Assembly: GCA_963664115.2 (NCBI GenBank)
Contig: CAXWPJ010000009.1
Coordinates: 544,001 to 608,000, forward strand
DNA: 64,000 bases
Direction: 5' to 3'
From: Terriglobia bacterium
GTDB taxonomy: Bacteria > Acidobacteriota > Terriglobia > 20CM-2-55-15
Each line of letters begins with the position of its first letter. Position 1 is the first letter of the stretch. The notes under the pieces were generated by a model, which ran no database searches, was not told the origin of the DNA, and worked only from the letters and a program-made list of their open reading frames with translations. A program made the translations under genes and the position numbers. Positions 39,591 through 49,385 of this stretch are shown one piece after another.

Positions 39591-39616
39591 AAGACGCGCC
39601 CCCATAGGAAAAAGAC
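39591..39616 (-). promoter_or_regulatory. putative ECF promoter GTCTTTTT-N11-GCGTCTT upstream of gspL
   Basis: Same motif and spacing as the other two copies; overlaps the gspG stop codon. Confidence 0.7.
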
Positions 39617-40077
39617 TACTGCCAGTTCACAATATCGGCGTTCTCGTCCTCGCCGCCTTCCCCACCGTCAGCGCCCAAAGAAAGTATGTCGAAATCTCCG
39701 TGCTCTCCGGGGTACCTATAAAGATACGGACGGGCCCACGGATCGAGCGGCACATCTCTTCGAAGATACGGCCCGTCCCAATTTCCGAGCCCACCCGGGT
39801 TCAAACGCAAGACACTCAGGCCCTCCGACGCAGTCGGGTACCGCCCAACATCCAGACGGAAGAGATCCAACACACTCTCAAACTCTGCAATCTGGACCCG
39901 GGCCGTGGTCTGCCGGGCTTGATCGACTCTGCTGAACAACCGCGCTCCGACCAAGGTTGCAAACAGCGAAATGATAACCATCACAACGATCAACTCGATC
40001 AGCGTAATCCCTCGCTCAAAAGAGTTTGGAGAGGTGGGGTTTGGGGGCCGACGAGTTCGAGGCCGTCGATTCGCCAT
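39616..40077 (-). CDS. gspG: type II secretion major pseudopilin GspG
   Basis: GITLIELIVV, FRLDVGRYP, W.GPYL, DPW and SLGADG motifs. Confidence 0.96.
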   Translation of the reverse strand: MANRRPRTRRPPNPTSPNSFERGITLIELIVVMVIISLFATLVGARLFSRVDQARQTTARVQIAEFESVLDLFRLDVGRYPTASEGLSVLRLNPGGLGNWDGPYLRRDVPLDPWARPYLYRYPGEHGDFDILSLGADGGEGGEDENADIVNWQ

Positions 40078-40151
40078 TTCACAAGCGTCGTAATATTCGA
40101 AGTCCTCCGTCTCCGATCTCCATCTCCAATTCCACATCGATTCGCTCCTGG

Positions 40152-41369
40152 TTAGAATGCTATGTCGTTGATGCTGAATATCGCTGTCAACATTGACAGT
40201 ACGACACCACCGATCAACACGCCCATGACAAGTATTATGGCGGGTTCAAAAACCGAAGTTAGCATTTTCACGGCCGACCGCACGTCTTTCTCATAAACTT
40301 CGGCAACCTGGATCAGCATCGTGTCCAGTCTGCCCGTCTCTTCGCCCACAGCGACCAGATGCACCGCCAAGCCGGGGAACAAGCCGGCATCGGTCATGGG
40401 CCCGGCGACACCCTCCCCACGTTTGGCGCCATCCGCGATGCGTGAGATCGCGTCAGCCAGAACTCTATTATTCGCTATCCCCTCGACGATGCGCACGGCC
40501 GCGATCAGCGGCACTCCGCTCCGGATCAAAGTTCCGAGCGTGCCTGCAAACCGCGCGACCTCCAATTTGAGAATCGTCGAACCTAACAATGGGATGCGCA
40601 ATTGAACTCGATCCCAGGTCCGCGCCCCCTCAGGCGACCGCAGAAAAGCGCGACCCGATATCACCGCCAGTCCGAGGGCGGCCAACACCAGCCACCAATA
40701 GGACCTTGAAAAATTGGCTATCGCAATCAGCACCAACGTTGAGGGCGGAATCTGGGCGCCTACGTCTTCGAAGATGCCCGCAAAACGAGGTATGACAAAG
40801 TAGAAAAGGATCGCAACCGAGCCCAGGCCGACTGTCGCCAAAAGGGCCGGATAGACCAGAGAAGCCGACACGTATGATCGCAGTTCGTCGGCAGAGCGCT
40901 CGAACTCGGTCAGTCTTTCGAGGATCACGTCGAGAATGCCGCCTGCTTCGCCCGCCCGAACCATATTCACATAAAGTTTCGAGAACTGCTTCGGGTGAGC
41001 CGAGAGCCCGTCGGCAAGCGAGCCACCGCCCTTGATTTGCTTCAAGACATCTTCTATGACCTTCCTCAGTGCCGGCTTAGCGGCCAGTTCGGCCGTGATC
41101 TCCAGACTCTTATCCAGCGGAAGCCCAGCTCGGACCAGCGTCGACAACTCTTCGGTGAAAAGCAGCATGTCCTTTCGGGTGATACGTCTAAGCTGCAGGC
41201 GATCGCGCGCCGGTCGGAGCGCTTTGTCACCGACGTCTGCCTCCACCGAAAGAGCAATCAGCCCCATTTCTTGGACGCTTGCGGCCGCCATCTGCGTATT
41301 GCTGGCTTCAACTCGGCCTGCTACCCGCTTGCCCTCCCGACTGACAGCTCTGTAGATAAATATCCCCAC
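40152..41369 (-). CDS. gspF: type II secretion platform protein GspF
   Basis: AGLPL, AGEAGG, GEETGRL and FEP motifs. Confidence 0.96.
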   Translation of the reverse strand: MGIFIYRAVSREGKRVAGRVEASNTQMAAASVQEMGLIALSVEADVGDKALRPARDRLQLRRITRKDMLLFTEELSTLVRAGLPLDKSLEITAELAAKPALRKVIEDVLKQIKGGGSLADGLSAHPKQFSKLYVNMVRAGEAGGILDVILERLTEFERSADELRSYVSASLVYPALLATVGLGSVAILFYFVIPRFAGIFEDVGAQIPPSTLVLIAIANFSRSYWWLVLAALGLAVISGRAFLRSPEGARTWDRVQLRIPLLGSTILKLEVARFAGTLGTLIRSGVPLIAAVRIVEGIANNRVLADAISRIADGAKRGEGVAGPMTDAGLFPGLAVHLVAVGEETGRLDTMLIQVAEVYEKDVRSAVKMLTSVFEPAIILVMGVLIGGVVLSMLTAIFSINDIAF

Positions 41370-41379
41370 TTCGATCCTC

Positions 41380-43068
41380 TCAGACTTCCTGCGTCACTCG
41401 GAGCACTTCGTCCGGGGTTGTCACGCCCGCCAGAACCTTGTTCCAGCCGTCTTCCTTCAATGTGTGCATGCCTGATTTCACGGCACTCGCCCGAAGAACG
41501 TTGGCATCCGGATTGGTCGTAATGACGTCCCGCAATTCCCCACCGACATCGACAAGTTCAAAAATTCCCATCCGGCCTTCATAGCCTGTGTATCCGCAGC
41601 TTTCACATCCGGCACCCCGCTGGATCTCGATTTCGCCGGAGTCGAAAGAAAATCCGGAATCTGCCAAAGCATCTCGAGAAACTGACTCGCTCCTGCGGCA
41701 GTCCTTGCACACGACACGGACCAGGCGCTGAGCTAAAATTCCGATCAATGAGGACGCCAGCAGGTAGTCTTCAACCCCCATGTCGATCAAGCGCGTGATG
41801 GCACTCGGCGCGTCATTGGTATGGAGCGTACTGAAAACCAGATGTCCGGTCAGCGCCGCGCGAATGGCAATCTCCGCCGTCTCCAGATCACGAATCTCTC
41901 CGATCATGATGACGTCAGGGTCCTGCCGCACGATGTGTCGCAATCCCGCGGAAAAGGTCAGGCCAATCTGAGAGTTCACCTGAATCTGGTTGATTCCCTC
42001 CATCTGGTATTCCACTGGATCCTCGATCGTGATGATTTTGCGATCTGGAATGTTGATTCTCTTGAGCGCGCTGTAAAGCGTTGTCGTCTTACCACTACCG
42101 GTCGGACCGGTCACCAGCAAGATGCCGTGAGGCTTGGACGTCATCTCGCATATCTTCGCGTACAGATTTTCCGGAAATCCAATCCGGCGAAGATCGATCA
42201 AGTCCGTGTTCGACTTATCGAGAATCCGCATAACAACGCTTTCGCCGTACATCGTCGGCAGTGTCGACACGCGCAAGTCTATTTCCTTCCCCAGGACTTT
42301 TAGTTTGATACGACCGTCCTGAGGCAATCGGCGCTCTGCAATGTTGAGCTTTGCCATGAGCTTGATGCGCGAAGTGATCGCACCACGCAACTGATTGGGC
42401 GGCGGATCCACGCTATGCAGCACTCCATCGACGCGATAGCGGAGTTGGAGTTCTTTCTCGAAGGGTTCAATGTGGATATCGCTGGCTCGCGATTCCACGG
42501 CTCGAGAGATGATAAGGTTGACCATCCGGATAACAGGGACTTCCGAGGCCAAGTCTTTAAGCTGCTCGACATCGGCCTCGGCCAGAGAATCGCCCAGGGT
42601 TTCGATGAGACGTTCCTCTTCCGGGTCTCCACGATGGAGCCTGTCTAGCTGATCCGTTATCTCACTTTCAGATGACAGATAGATCTTGAGATTGTGACCC
42701 GTGCGCGACTGAATCGCGGCGCAGGTCTCCGAATCGAAGGGATCCGTCATCACAATGGATAACACGCCGGATTCCAGGTGAACGGGCACAACGGAAGACG
42801 CTCGAAGGAAGCGATAGGGCAAGTGGTCTATTTCGATCGGAACCGCTGGGTAATCTCCAGCGAACAAGTCGACACCGCTCTGCTCACTCAATGTGGATAG
42901 AACGTCCCTTTCCGACACAAAGCCAAGATCAACCAATATCTTCCCGATACGATCGCTGCTTCGCGTCTGGAGGGACAGCGCACTGGAAAGGTCTTCTTCT
43001 GAAATCAAGCCCCGATCTCGCAGCAAGTCTCCGAAACGCCGATGCTCCAAGGCAAGTAGTGCTTTCAA
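41380..43068 (-). CDS. gspE: type II secretion ATPase GspE
   Basis: ASDIHIEP, GPTGSGKTTTLY, RQDPD, TGHLVFSTLHTN and a Cys4 motif. Confidence 0.97.
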   Translation of the reverse strand: MKALLALEHRRFGDLLRDRGLISEEDLSSALSLQTRSSDRIGKILVDLGFVSERDVLSTLSEQSGVDLFAGDYPAVPIEIDHLPYRFLRASSVVPVHLESGVLSIVMTDPFDSETCAAIQSRTGHNLKIYLSSESEITDQLDRLHRGDPEEERLIETLGDSLAEADVEQLKDLASEVPVIRMVNLIISRAVESRASDIHIEPFEKELQLRYRVDGVLHSVDPPPNQLRGAITSRIKLMAKLNIAERRLPQDGRIKLKVLGKEIDLRVSTLPTMYGESVVMRILDKSNTDLIDLRRIGFPENLYAKICEMTSKPHGILLVTGPTGSGKTTTLYSALKRINIPDRKIITIEDPVEYQMEGINQIQVNSQIGLTFSAGLRHIVRQDPDVIMIGEIRDLETAEIAIRAALTGHLVFSTLHTNDAPSAITRLIDMGVEDYLLASSLIGILAQRLVRVVCKDCRRSESVSRDALADSGFSFDSGEIEIQRGAGCESCGYTGYEGRMGIFELVDVGGELRDVITTNPDANVLRASAVKSGMHTLKEDGWNKVLAGVTTPDEVLRVTQEV

Positions 43069-43071
43069 GGC

Positions 43072-43602
43072 TCAGTATTCCCGCATCACAACGCGATCAG
43101 CGAATGCCGTCTTAGAAATCGCAGCCGATTGCAGATCCGCAGCGTCTTGTTTCGTTACCGACGCGACGATTTGAGTGGGCAGATCCGGCAAGTCCGCTGG
43201 ATTCGTGTTCAGCATATAGATGACAACGGCAACCCTTTCATCCGAAGGCATGCTTCTGATCCCGGGCACGTACTCTCCGAGCAAGTCCACTGTGGCTTCC
43301 TTGAGCGCTAGACGGCGCTCATTGCTGGAGCGGCGAATTTCTTCCGGTGACCGCATCCCTGTGAAAGGGTTCCGGGGTAGCGCTAACGCCACCTCGATAG
43401 TCACAACCAGACCGTAGCCCTCCAGATACGTTGATTTCGCCCTCTGCAACATTGGTCCGGGTACGATGCCCGCAACGCGTTCGTCAATCGCAGCCGTGAT
43501 AGCGGCTCTCTCCTCGACTGATGGGCCGACTTGGCCAAGCAGCGCGGCGGGAAGGAATGCGGCAAAGAAGAAAATCGTTAAGAACAAGTGGGAACGGAAC
43601 AT
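43072..43602 (-). CDS. secreted hypothetical protein in the ECF-T2SS operon
   Basis: Signal peptide; YLEGYGLV motif; tightly packed between the anti-sigma gene and gspE. Confidence 0.75.
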   Translation of the reverse strand: MFRSHLFLTIFFFAAFLPAALLGQVGPSVEERAAITAAIDERVAGIVPGPMLQRAKSTYLEGYGLVVTIEVALALPRNPFTGMRSPEEIRRSSNERRLALKEATVDLLGEYVPGIRSMPSDERVAVVIYMLNTNPADLPDLPTQIVASVTKQDAADLQSAAISKTAFADRVVMREY

Positions 43603-43603
43603 G

Positions 43604-44260
43604 CTACTCCCTCCCGGTCTGGGCGGCGAGAAGTTGAATTGAAGACGCGTTTTCGTAGGCGACTCTCCGCGCCGAACGTTGCAATTCAGAAAAATACTGA
43701 AGTTCCGCACGCAACCTTTGGATCTCTTGATTACCTGCGACCTCAAGCTTCAAAACGGCCTGATCGATTTCCGCCCGAAGCCATCCTTCTTCTTCCTCGC
43801 GGATGCGGTCCACGATCTGAGCGTAATCCAGGCTTGCGTAATCGATGGTTGGAGATACAGAAACCTCGGCAAGAACAGCTTGGAGTTCAGCCGTCTGTGT
43901 GGGCTCGCTCACAGGACCCAGACCAATCACAAAACCGGAATCAAGCCGTTCGAAACGCAGGGGGCCACCCAGCACGACTGCCAGTACGAGCGCCACGGCA
44001 ATGGCGGAAGGAATTGCCCATCGTAATGGAGCCCAGTTCGTTTTCGCTCGGGTTTCCGATGGAAGGAAAACCATTCGCCGTGGAACGTCCACATCGGGCA
44101 ACTGCTCAAGCGAGTGTTGAACCTTTCGAAATCCGGCCACGCGTCCCTGGCACTCCAAACACTGAGCCACATGTTGACGGGCCGCTTCCATTTCCGGCCC
44201 CGTCAAATCTTCAAACACAAACTCCGCAAGCTGGTCTTCTAAATGCGACATTTGAATCAC
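43604..44260 (-). CDS. zinc-finger (ZAS) anti-sigma factor
   Basis: HVAQCLEC (HxxxCxxC) followed by a TM helix; start overlaps the sigma stop. Confidence 0.88.
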   Translation of the reverse strand: MIQMSHLEDQLAEFVFEDLTGPEMEAARQHVAQCLECQGRVAGFRKVQHSLEQLPDVDVPRRMVFLPSETRAKTNWAPLRWAIPSAIAVALVLAVVLGGPLRFERLDSGFVIGLGPVSEPTQTAELQAVLAEVSVSPTIDYASLDYAQIVDRIREEEEGWLRAEIDQAVLKLEVAGNQEIQRLRAELQYFSELQRSARRVAYENASSIQLLAAQTGRE

Positions 44261-44811
44261 CTATTTGCTTTCCCTCGATCGATCACTTGTTCACCTAAAA
44301 CTGATTTCAGCTTGTCGAAACTCATGTAGAGCCTCGACTTCACGGTCGAAACCGGCGCATCCTGAACAGCCGCTATTTCATCAAACCTGAGGCCCTGGTA
44401 GACCTTCAGGACCACGACTTCTTTCTGATCGTCAGGCAGCTGGGAGAGGGCCTTCTCCACAGCCAGCCGATTCTCGATCGGCATGCGGGATGCCCCCACA
44501 TTCGGGTCCAACTCAACAAAGGTCTTCCCCTGGTCCTTCCGGAATCTCGAATAACACACGTTGTGGGCGATCCGGTACAGCCAGGACGAAAAACGGTCCC
44601 GGTCCTTCAGGTTTCCGAGTTCGCGATAGGCCTTCAGAAAACTCTCCTGACATAAGTCCAGAGCGTCGTCCCGATTGCCAACCATCCGATAGATATAGTT
44701 GTAGATCGGCTTCTCCCACTGCCACACTAGGAGGTTGAAAGCGTTGGTATCGCCGTCGAGGACTCGATCGATGATCCGCGAATCGTCGGCACTCTCTAAA
44801 TTCAAAGCCAA
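44257..44811 (-). CDS. ECF RNA polymerase sigma factor
   Basis: DALDLCQESFLKAY, FSSWLYRIA.N and EIA..STVKSRL motifs. Confidence 0.95.
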   Translation of the reverse strand: MALNLESADDSRIIDRVLDGDTNAFNLLVWQWEKPIYNYIYRMVGNRDDALDLCQESFLKAYRELGNLKDRDRFSSWLYRIAHNVCYSRFRKDQGKTFVELDPNVGASRMPIENRLAVEKALSQLPDDQKEVVVLKVYQGLRFDEIAAVQDAPVSTVKSRLYMSFDKLKSVLGEQVIDRGKANR

Positions 44812-44832
44812 ACTCGGGCCTCACACTCTAAA

Positions 44833-44858
44833 AAGACGCGTTACGGTGTTAAAAAGTC
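44833..44858 (-). promoter_or_regulatory. putative autoregulatory ECF promoter GACTTTTT-N11-GCGTCTT
   Basis: Directly upstream of the sigma gene; motif shared with the gspL and gspH upstream regions. Confidence 0.7.
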
Positions 44859-44960
44859 GAATCCATATCCGGGTTCGTCGCGGACACCCGTCAATTAGAG
44901 ACAACGGCGGAAAGCATGTCGTTTGAAATTATAGGCTTAGAAGGTCGATTGCGGTCCCGG

Positions 44961-47285
44961 TTAAAGACGAATTCCGAAGTCTTCGCGGTCGCGCGTCAGA
45001 TTGGGGTTGTAGTAGGGATCCTCAAGCAAGGCATTTCCCCAACGCGTTTTCATAAAAGCCACTGCCTCCGCATCCGGAATGTCCCGAGAGGCCGCCTCGT
45101 GCTGATACAACTGGGCATGCGGCGTCCAGACGATACGAAACCCCTGCCCCCTGACACGAAGACAAAAATCCAGATCGTCAAAGCGTTCAGGAACTGCTTC
45201 GTCGAAACCACCGACCCGGTCAAACACATCGCGCCGTACCATCATGCAGGAGCCGGCAACGGCCGAACAGTTGCGGACGTCGGTGACCCACCCGAAGTGG
45301 TAGCCCGTGTCGGCGGGAAACCCCCTCAAGGTATCTCCGGCAAGAGCGTCCGCGCCAAGTCCGACGATAGTCCCCGCATGCCGTATCCTTCCAGCCGTTG
45401 ACAGGAGCTTCGCACCGACCACACCAATCTCGGGCTGCTTCGAGAACTCAAGCATGGCTTCCAGCCACGCAGGGGTGATCACCTCTATACTCGAGTCCAC
45501 GAAGAGGAGATAGGGACTATCGGTTGCCCGCGCGGCCAGGTTCTTCAGTCGTGACGGAACCGTCCCCAACGGTGAACGCAACACGCGCTCGCTACAGTTG
45601 GCAAGATACGACCGGGTCTCGGCTGTTCCGCCTTCGTGCGACGAGATCACGATCTCATGACTTGAATGTGTCGTCCGTCTCCCGACACTCTCAACACATC
45701 TCCTCACACCACTCGACCGATGTCCGGTAGAAACGACAACGGAAACCGAAGACCTGGGATCGACGTCGTGCCGCACCCTGTAGTGCCCCGGCCCGTAGCC
45801 ATCCAACAACTCACCTTTCATGTCCCGCCGTTTGAGCTGGTCAGCCAACGCTTTCTTCGCGGCCGTGTACGCGTAGAGCTTCGCGCCTGTCGAACCGGCC
45901 GCGGAACCGGCGGCTTTACGCCAGTGATAGAGAATCTTCGGTATGTGAAAGACGTTTCCTGTCCCCTCGGCGACACGGAGCATCAGATCATAGTCCTGAC
46001 TTCCGTCACAAGCGCTTCGAAAACCTCCGATCTTGTCGATCAACTCTTTCCGATAGACGCTGAAGTGGCATGTGTACATGCACGAAAGCAAGTACTCCGG
46101 TGACCAGTCGGGCTTAAAGAAGGGTTCGCTACGGAGGCCTTCAGACTCCAGTTTGTCCTCATCGGAATAAATAACGTCCGCCTTCCGGTGACGCTGGAGT
46201 AGCTTGACAACCTCATATAGCGCATCTGGAGCGAGTTCGTCGTCGTGGTCGAGTAAGCCGGCGAATTCACCGGTGGCCATCGCCAAAGCCCGGTTCGAAG
46301 CGTGCGAGGTACCGTGGTTACTTTCCGAAAACACGACTTTGATTCGTCGATCCAGCTGGGAATACTGCCTGAGCATGGACCCGACGTGGCCTTGGGTTGA
46401 GGCGTCGTCGGCCAGACACAGCTCCCAATGCGGATACAACTGGTTGCGCACTGATTCGATGCATTTGCGTAGCCATCGGGGATCGGTATTGTAAACGGGG
46501 GTGATGAGGCTGATCGTCGGGACATAGGAAAAGCTTCTGATGCGTCGGGGTATCTCTCGAAGGTCCTCCGGTTTCAGACCGTGTTTCTCGATCCAGAGTT
46601 GATACACACCTTCTTGCTCGTGAAGTACCAGTTGGCCTTTCATCGCAACGACAAAGACCTGCCGCAAGCCAGACGATCCTAACTTCCGAATATGCGCGAT
46701 CAATCGCGAAACCTGGGGGCCAAGGCTGCGTCTGTTCAGGAGCCGAGGCCTGTTCCAGATTGTCTCAGCCCCCTCACCGCCGCCTTTGGGAGCCAGCACC
46801 CGCAATTCGAGCGTTATCGCACGCCCAGCGTACTCGCCAAGATCAATGGACAGGCTAATCGGTCGAGAGGGCACTCGGCGCACGGACACCGACAGAACAC
46901 CCTGCCAAACCACTCGCGACCTGCCCTCATCAGTCACCGCCACGACAGTTTCCACTGCGTGCTCCTCGGGCTTCCCGATATGGGCGTAAGCTAAACGGGC
47001 TTGGAAACGTGGACGGTCACCGAGGTTCAATTCAAAGCGCAATCGAGCGTCAGGAGGGATGAGTATTCCGTAATCGTCATGAATTTCCGGATTGGCGACG
47101 ACGCGAATAGCTTCGGCGGATCCCGAGCCCCTAGCTTCCTTATCCGCGCCCTCGAATAAATACGTCAGAGGAAGTTGATCGTAGGCAAGACGTTCGTAAA
47201 TCGACGTCCAGACCGCGACGACCGATCGCGCCCACATGTAGAACGATTGGCGTTTCATGTTCGGACGACTTGTCGATCGCCACAA
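44961..47285 (-). CDS. double-GT2 glycosyltransferase with N-terminal beta domain (start uncertain)
   Basis: PVYNT, WELCLADDAS, LLDHDDEL, YSDEDK, GSQDYDL and DDLDFCLR motifs. Confidence 0.92.
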   Translation of the reverse strand: MWRSTSRPNMKRQSFYMWARSVVAVWTSIYERLAYDQLPLTYLFEGADKEARGSGSAEAIRVVANPEIHDDYGILIPPDARLRFELNLGDRPRFQARLAYAHIGKPEEHAVETVVAVTDEGRSRVVWQGVLSVSVRRVPSRPISLSIDLGEYAGRAITLELRVLAPKGGGEGAETIWNRPRLLNRRSLGPQVSRLIAHIRKLGSSGLRQVFVVAMKGQLVLHEQEGVYQLWIEKHGLKPEDLREIPRRIRSFSYVPTISLITPVYNTDPRWLRKCIESVRNQLYPHWELCLADDASTQGHVGSMLRQYSQLDRRIKVVFSESNHGTSHASNRALAMATGEFAGLLDHDDELAPDALYEVVKLLQRHRKADVIYSDEDKLESEGLRSEPFFKPDWSPEYLLSCMYTCHFSVYRKELIDKIGGFRSACDGSQDYDLMLRVAEGTGNVFHIPKILYHWRKAAGSAAGSTGAKLYAYTAAKKALADQLKRRDMKGELLDGYGPGHYRVRHDVDPRSSVSVVVSTGHRSSGVRRCVESVGRRTTHSSHEIVISSHEGGTAETRSYLANCSERVLRSPLGTVPSRLKNLAARATDSPYLLFVDSSIEVITPAWLEAMLEFSKQPEIGVVGAKLLSTAGRIRHAGTIVGLGADALAGDTLRGFPADTGYHFGWVTDVRNCSAVAGSCMMVRRDVFDRVGGFDEAVPERFDDLDFCLRVRGQGFRIVWTPHAQLYQHEAASRDIPDAEAVAFMKTRWGNALLEDPYYNPNLTRDREDFGIRL

Positions 47286-47288
47286 GAC

Positions 47289-48218
47289 TTATTCGACTCG
47301 GCTCCTCGGATCAACATCCAGCCCCATATCGTCAGAAGCCGCAACGCCAACGCTGCGGATGGAAGAACCGTGCTTCTCGAAAAGGTAATCGGCCAAGCCT
47401 CTTTTCCAGTGCCGCATCCGATTGAGACCCAAAGCGTTCAGGCGCGCGTTGTCCAGAACGGAGTACGCGGGGCGGCGGGCCGGTGTCTGGTAGACGCTCC
47501 CGTTGGTCGGTTCCAATTGCACATCCAGACCACTCAACTCAAAGATCGCTCGGGCGAATTCATACCAGGTACAACACCCTTCTGCAGTGCAGTGAAACAG
47601 CCCATATTGATCGGCCTCGAGCAGGAGGGCCACTTGCTCGGCCAGATCGGCCGTCGGCGTGGGCGTCACAAGCTGGTCATCAACAACTCGAATGGCCTCC
47701 CCCGCTTTCGCTTTACGAAGCATGGTTTCCACGAAATTACCACCCTTGCCCGAATTACCTGCCATCCCGTACAGGCCACACGTTCGAATGACGATGTGTT
47801 TATCGCACTCGGAACGGACGCAATATTCCCCAGCCAACTTGGAGTTTGCGTAGACCGAGATCGGGCGAGGTATGGCTTCCTCCGAGTACGGTTCAACGGA
47901 ATCTCCATCGAAAACGTAGTCCGAGCTGATGTGGACGAGCCGTGCCCCGAGTATTTTGGCAAGACAGGCGAGGTGGAAAACTGCAATTGCGTTGACGCCG
48001 AAAGCGTCACCGGGCTCTGATTCACAGAGGTCGACTTTATGAAACGCTGTCGTGTTGATGATCGCGTCAGGGCTCGAAGCGCTTAGGTGTTCCCGGGCGG
48101 CTTCATGATCAGTGACGTCAAAATCGGATCGCGTAAACCCGATGAGATCATGGTCCGATAGCGCACGTTTCAGATCGAACGCGAGCTGGCCGTTCGCTCC
48201 GAGCAAGGCAATCTTCAT
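47289..48218 (-). CDS. rfbD: dTDP-4-dehydrorhamnose reductase
   Basis: GANGQL, HISSDYVFDG, YANSKLAGE, VVDDQ and RPAYSVL motifs. Confidence 0.95.
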   Translation of the reverse strand: MKIALLGANGQLAFDLKRALSDHDLIGFTRSDFDVTDHEAAREHLSASSPDAIINTTAFHKVDLCESEPGDAFGVNAIAVFHLACLAKILGARLVHISSDYVFDGDSVEPYSEEAIPRPISVYANSKLAGEYCVRSECDKHIVIRTCGLYGMAGNSGKGGNFVETMLRKAKAGEAIRVVDDQLVTPTPTADLAEQVALLLEADQYGLFHCTAEGCCTWYEFARAIFELSGLDVQLEPTNGSVYQTPARRPAYSVLDNARLNALGLNRMRHWKRGLADYLFEKHGSSIRSVGVAASDDMGLDVDPRSRVE

Positions 48219-48239
48219 AGCGAAAAGAGAGTGAATCCG

Positions 48240-49271
48240 TTAATCACAGCCGAAAACCGAACCAACTCGACGCAGCGTCTTTTCCATTCGGTCAAGTTGA
48301 GTCATCCACTGGATATTGTAGTAGATGGGATTCATGAAATCATTTTTCGAATGGCTTTCGATTCGGCGGACCATGTCCACGACCGAATCCTTGACGGACG
48401 AACGCGCACGGAAACCCAGGCTGGCCTCGATCTTGTCCGTCGAGACCCGGTAACTGCGCCCCTTCAAGGGCGTGTAGTCGACGTCGATCTCTACGTCCCG
48501 AATGTCTGACAGCGCTTCCTTAACCCAGTGCGCCAGTTCCAGAATCCGGTAGTTCCTGTACGACACATTGAAGGTTTCGCTATGCACCTTATCTTCCGGG
48601 GCCTCAACCCCGCAGATGTGGGCTTCGGCCACATCGAAAACATCAACCAGGGGGCGCCACGTTTCCCCGCCACCGAAAACCGTCAGACGCCCCTTCGATA
48701 AAGCGTCTTTGACAAAGGTATTGACGACAAGGTCGTAGCGCATCCGCGGGCTGTAGCCAAACACCGTACCCTGGCGAAAGATCACGGGACAGAACGACTC
48801 ATCGGCCAGCCGAAGAAGGATTCTCTCTGCATCGTAGTTGGAGACGGCGTAAGCCGCTCGTGGTGAAACTTTCGCTGTTTCATCGACGAGGACGTCGTCA
48901 GCCATCAGGCCACGGTCATAGACAGAGCACGTGGACGCGAAGGTGAATCGGCGCACACCCGCTCTCTTGGAAAGTTTTGCAATCCGTTCAGTCGCGATGG
49001 TGTTGATTTCGTAGTTCGCGCGTGGATTGTATTCCGCAGTCGGGTCGTTCGAGAGCCCCGCAAGATGGATCACCGCATCGATCCCTGAAAAGGCTTCTGC
49101 ATCGATTGAGCGAACGTCGCCTTCGATCACATCTATTCTGTCTCGGAATTCGGATAGAGGGTCTTCACCGAAGAAAAGCTTGTCGAACACCCGAACCGTT
49201 TCGCCCCGCTCCAGCAACTCGCGAACAAGAACGCAGCCGATATATCCCGCACCTCCGGTAACCAGAATCAT
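48240..49271 (-). CDS. NAD-dependent nucleotide-sugar epimerase/dehydratase (extended SDR)
   Basis: TGGAGYIG, HLAGLSNDP, ASTCSVY and SPRMRYDLVVN motifs; the YxxxK motif reads YAVSN. Confidence 0.9.
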   Translation of the reverse strand: MILVTGGAGYIGCVLVRELLERGETVRVFDKLFFGEDPLSEFRDRIDVIEGDVRSIDAEAFSGIDAVIHLAGLSNDPTAEYNPRANYEINTIATERIAKLSKRAGVRRFTFASTCSVYDRGLMADDVLVDETAKVSPRAAYAVSNYDAERILLRLADESFCPVIFRQGTVFGYSPRMRYDLVVNTFVKDALSKGRLTVFGGGETWRPLVDVFDVAEAHICGVEAPEDKVHSETFNVSYRNYRILELAHWVKEALSDIRDVEIDVDYTPLKGRSYRVSTDKIEASLGFRARSSVKDSVVDMVRRIESHSKNDFMNPIYYNIQWMTQLDRMEKTLRRVGSVFGCD

Positions 49272-49385
49272 GCTGAAGTACCTTTCACAACGGAAATGCA
49301 ACCACCATGCAGCGTTTCAAAGCCATTGATAATAGCATCGATACCAACGCACTACCCATTGAGTATGTTAAAAGTGGAGGCCCTG

